Below, one piece after another: positions 62,773 to 64,000 of a stretch of 64,000 nucleotides of DNA; the stretch's first letter is position 1; every line of letters begins with the position of its first letter. Source of the DNA: Felis catus (lineage: Eukaryota); assembly GCF_018350175.1 (NCBI RefSeq), contig NC_058373.1, positions 110,734,001 to 110,798,000 on the forward strand, in the 5' to 3' direction. The position numbers and the translations under genes are program-made. A model generated the notes under the pieces. It saw only the letters and a program-made list of their open reading frames with translations, searched no databases and was not told the origin of the DNA.

Positions 62773-63135
62773 TTTATTTTTTTTAAAGATTTTTTTAAAG
62801 TGTTTTTAAATTTTTTATTTTTGTTTTTTAAATATTTATTTATTTTGAGAAAGAGGGAGAGAGAGACAGAGACAGAGACAGTGGGGAGGGTCTGAGAGAA
62901 AGAGGGAGGGAGAAAATCCCAAGCAGGCTCTGCCTTGTCAGCACGAGGCTCAGTCCCATGAACTGTGAGATCATGACCTGAGTTGAAACCAAGAGTCCTA
63001 TGCTAAACCCACCTAGCCAACCCAGGCACCCCAGGATTTTTCTTTCAATTTTAAGTAATCTCTACAGCCAATGTGGGGTTTGAACTTACAACCCTGAAAT
63101 CAAGAGTCGCATGCTCTACTGACTGAGCCAGCCCA
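62773..63135 (-). mobile_element. Long Can-SINE (to 63032) nested in the tail of a short Can-SINE (~63045-63135)
   Basis: Outer TSD tattgggtttta at 62761-62772 and ~63140-63151. Confidence 0.85.
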
Positions 63136-64000
63136 TATGTATTGGGTTTTAAATTTCAATATCGTATATTTCATTTCTGTTTAGTACTTTTTCAAAGTCT
63201 TGCTCAGAGTTTTAGCTCTTGGAGTACCAATTTGTTCCATCTTTTTATTCCCTTGTGATGGCTTTTTGTTGTAGGGTTAGTAATGTTCATACTCTGCTCC
63301 TCCTCAGTGGTTGCAAAGAGTCGGATGCTTAAAAGTATATTTGGGAAGTCTGCACTTACTGGTGATGATGAGCTCTGGGACATATGAAATGTGTGGGTCG
63401 GTGGCTGAGGTGGAGTGGAGGAAAGGATTGTTGGAAGGCTCTTCCCCCAGAACTTTGCGGTATGATTTCTTCTTACGCAGGACTCCGCCCCAGAGTCCCC
63501 TCCTCCGAGCCTTCCCAGGCCTCTTGACCAAACAACGCCCCCATCCCCCACTCACACTCTTTCCCCTGCTTTATCTTCTTCATGACATTTATCACTGTCC
63601 AGAAATATATTAGTCATTTGCCTACCATTTGTGTCCTTCCCACTGGGAACGTAAGCTCCTTGATAGCAAGGCTTTGCCTTACGTATTGCCATGTTCTCAG
63701 GACCTGGCATGCAGTTTATATTGCCACTAAATGTGAGTGAGTTTGAGTAATCCTGTTTTCAGACAGGAAGTCCTCTCAGCCTGGACGCTGCAGCTTTCAG
63801 CTGGGTTGGGTCTGACCAGGCAGCAGAGACGAGGCGAACAGCTTGGTTTTCCACTCCCCAACCTTTTTCTGGGCCTCCTCTAGGGAAGGTCTTTTTCTCC
63901 CGTAAGAGCTCAGAAAATACCAGCCACCCGTGTGCTTCATTGTGGCCTTTTTCTGGCATATGCTTGCACACCTGCCAAAATCAGTAGTAGGCATTTGAGT

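Noticed and set aside
1601..63135. tRNA-like A/B-box sequences
   Set aside because: All are SINE heads followed by SINE bodies or tails; no stand-alone tRNA gene seen
1..64000. CRISPR array, operon or other prokaryotic/viral system
   Set aside because: The sequence is mammalian throughout; no constant-repeat array, no gene-dense segment and no compositionally foreign insert seen

Overview
Mammalian, almost certainly felid (cat-family) genomic DNA. About 50 carnivore tRNA-derived Can-SINEs (SINEC_Fc-type) and a felid-type L1 3' end sit among ancient eutherian repeats (L1M, L2, MIR, MLT1/MLT2 LTRs, MER3). The first ~49 kb look intergenic. A CpG island at ~49.6-50.8 kb holds a + strand promoter and a non-coding first exon ending at a GCG|GTGAGT donor (50307/50308). 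From recalled similarity to the human 5'UTR I tentatively assign it to PLEKHG3; this is not verified by a search. The rest of the window would be intron 1. I found no host protein-coding exon; the only recognisable protein homology is in dead L1 ORF2 fragments. I see no convincing new biological system. The best leads are a 243-bp TA-flanked MITE with clear TIRs that I cannot assign to a named family, several informative retrotransposition or rearrangement scars, candidate GATA/CTCF/HNF1 sites, and a ~10 kb Can-SINE-free zone around the promoter. Repeat family names come from recognition by eye, and boundaries of old repeats are approximate.
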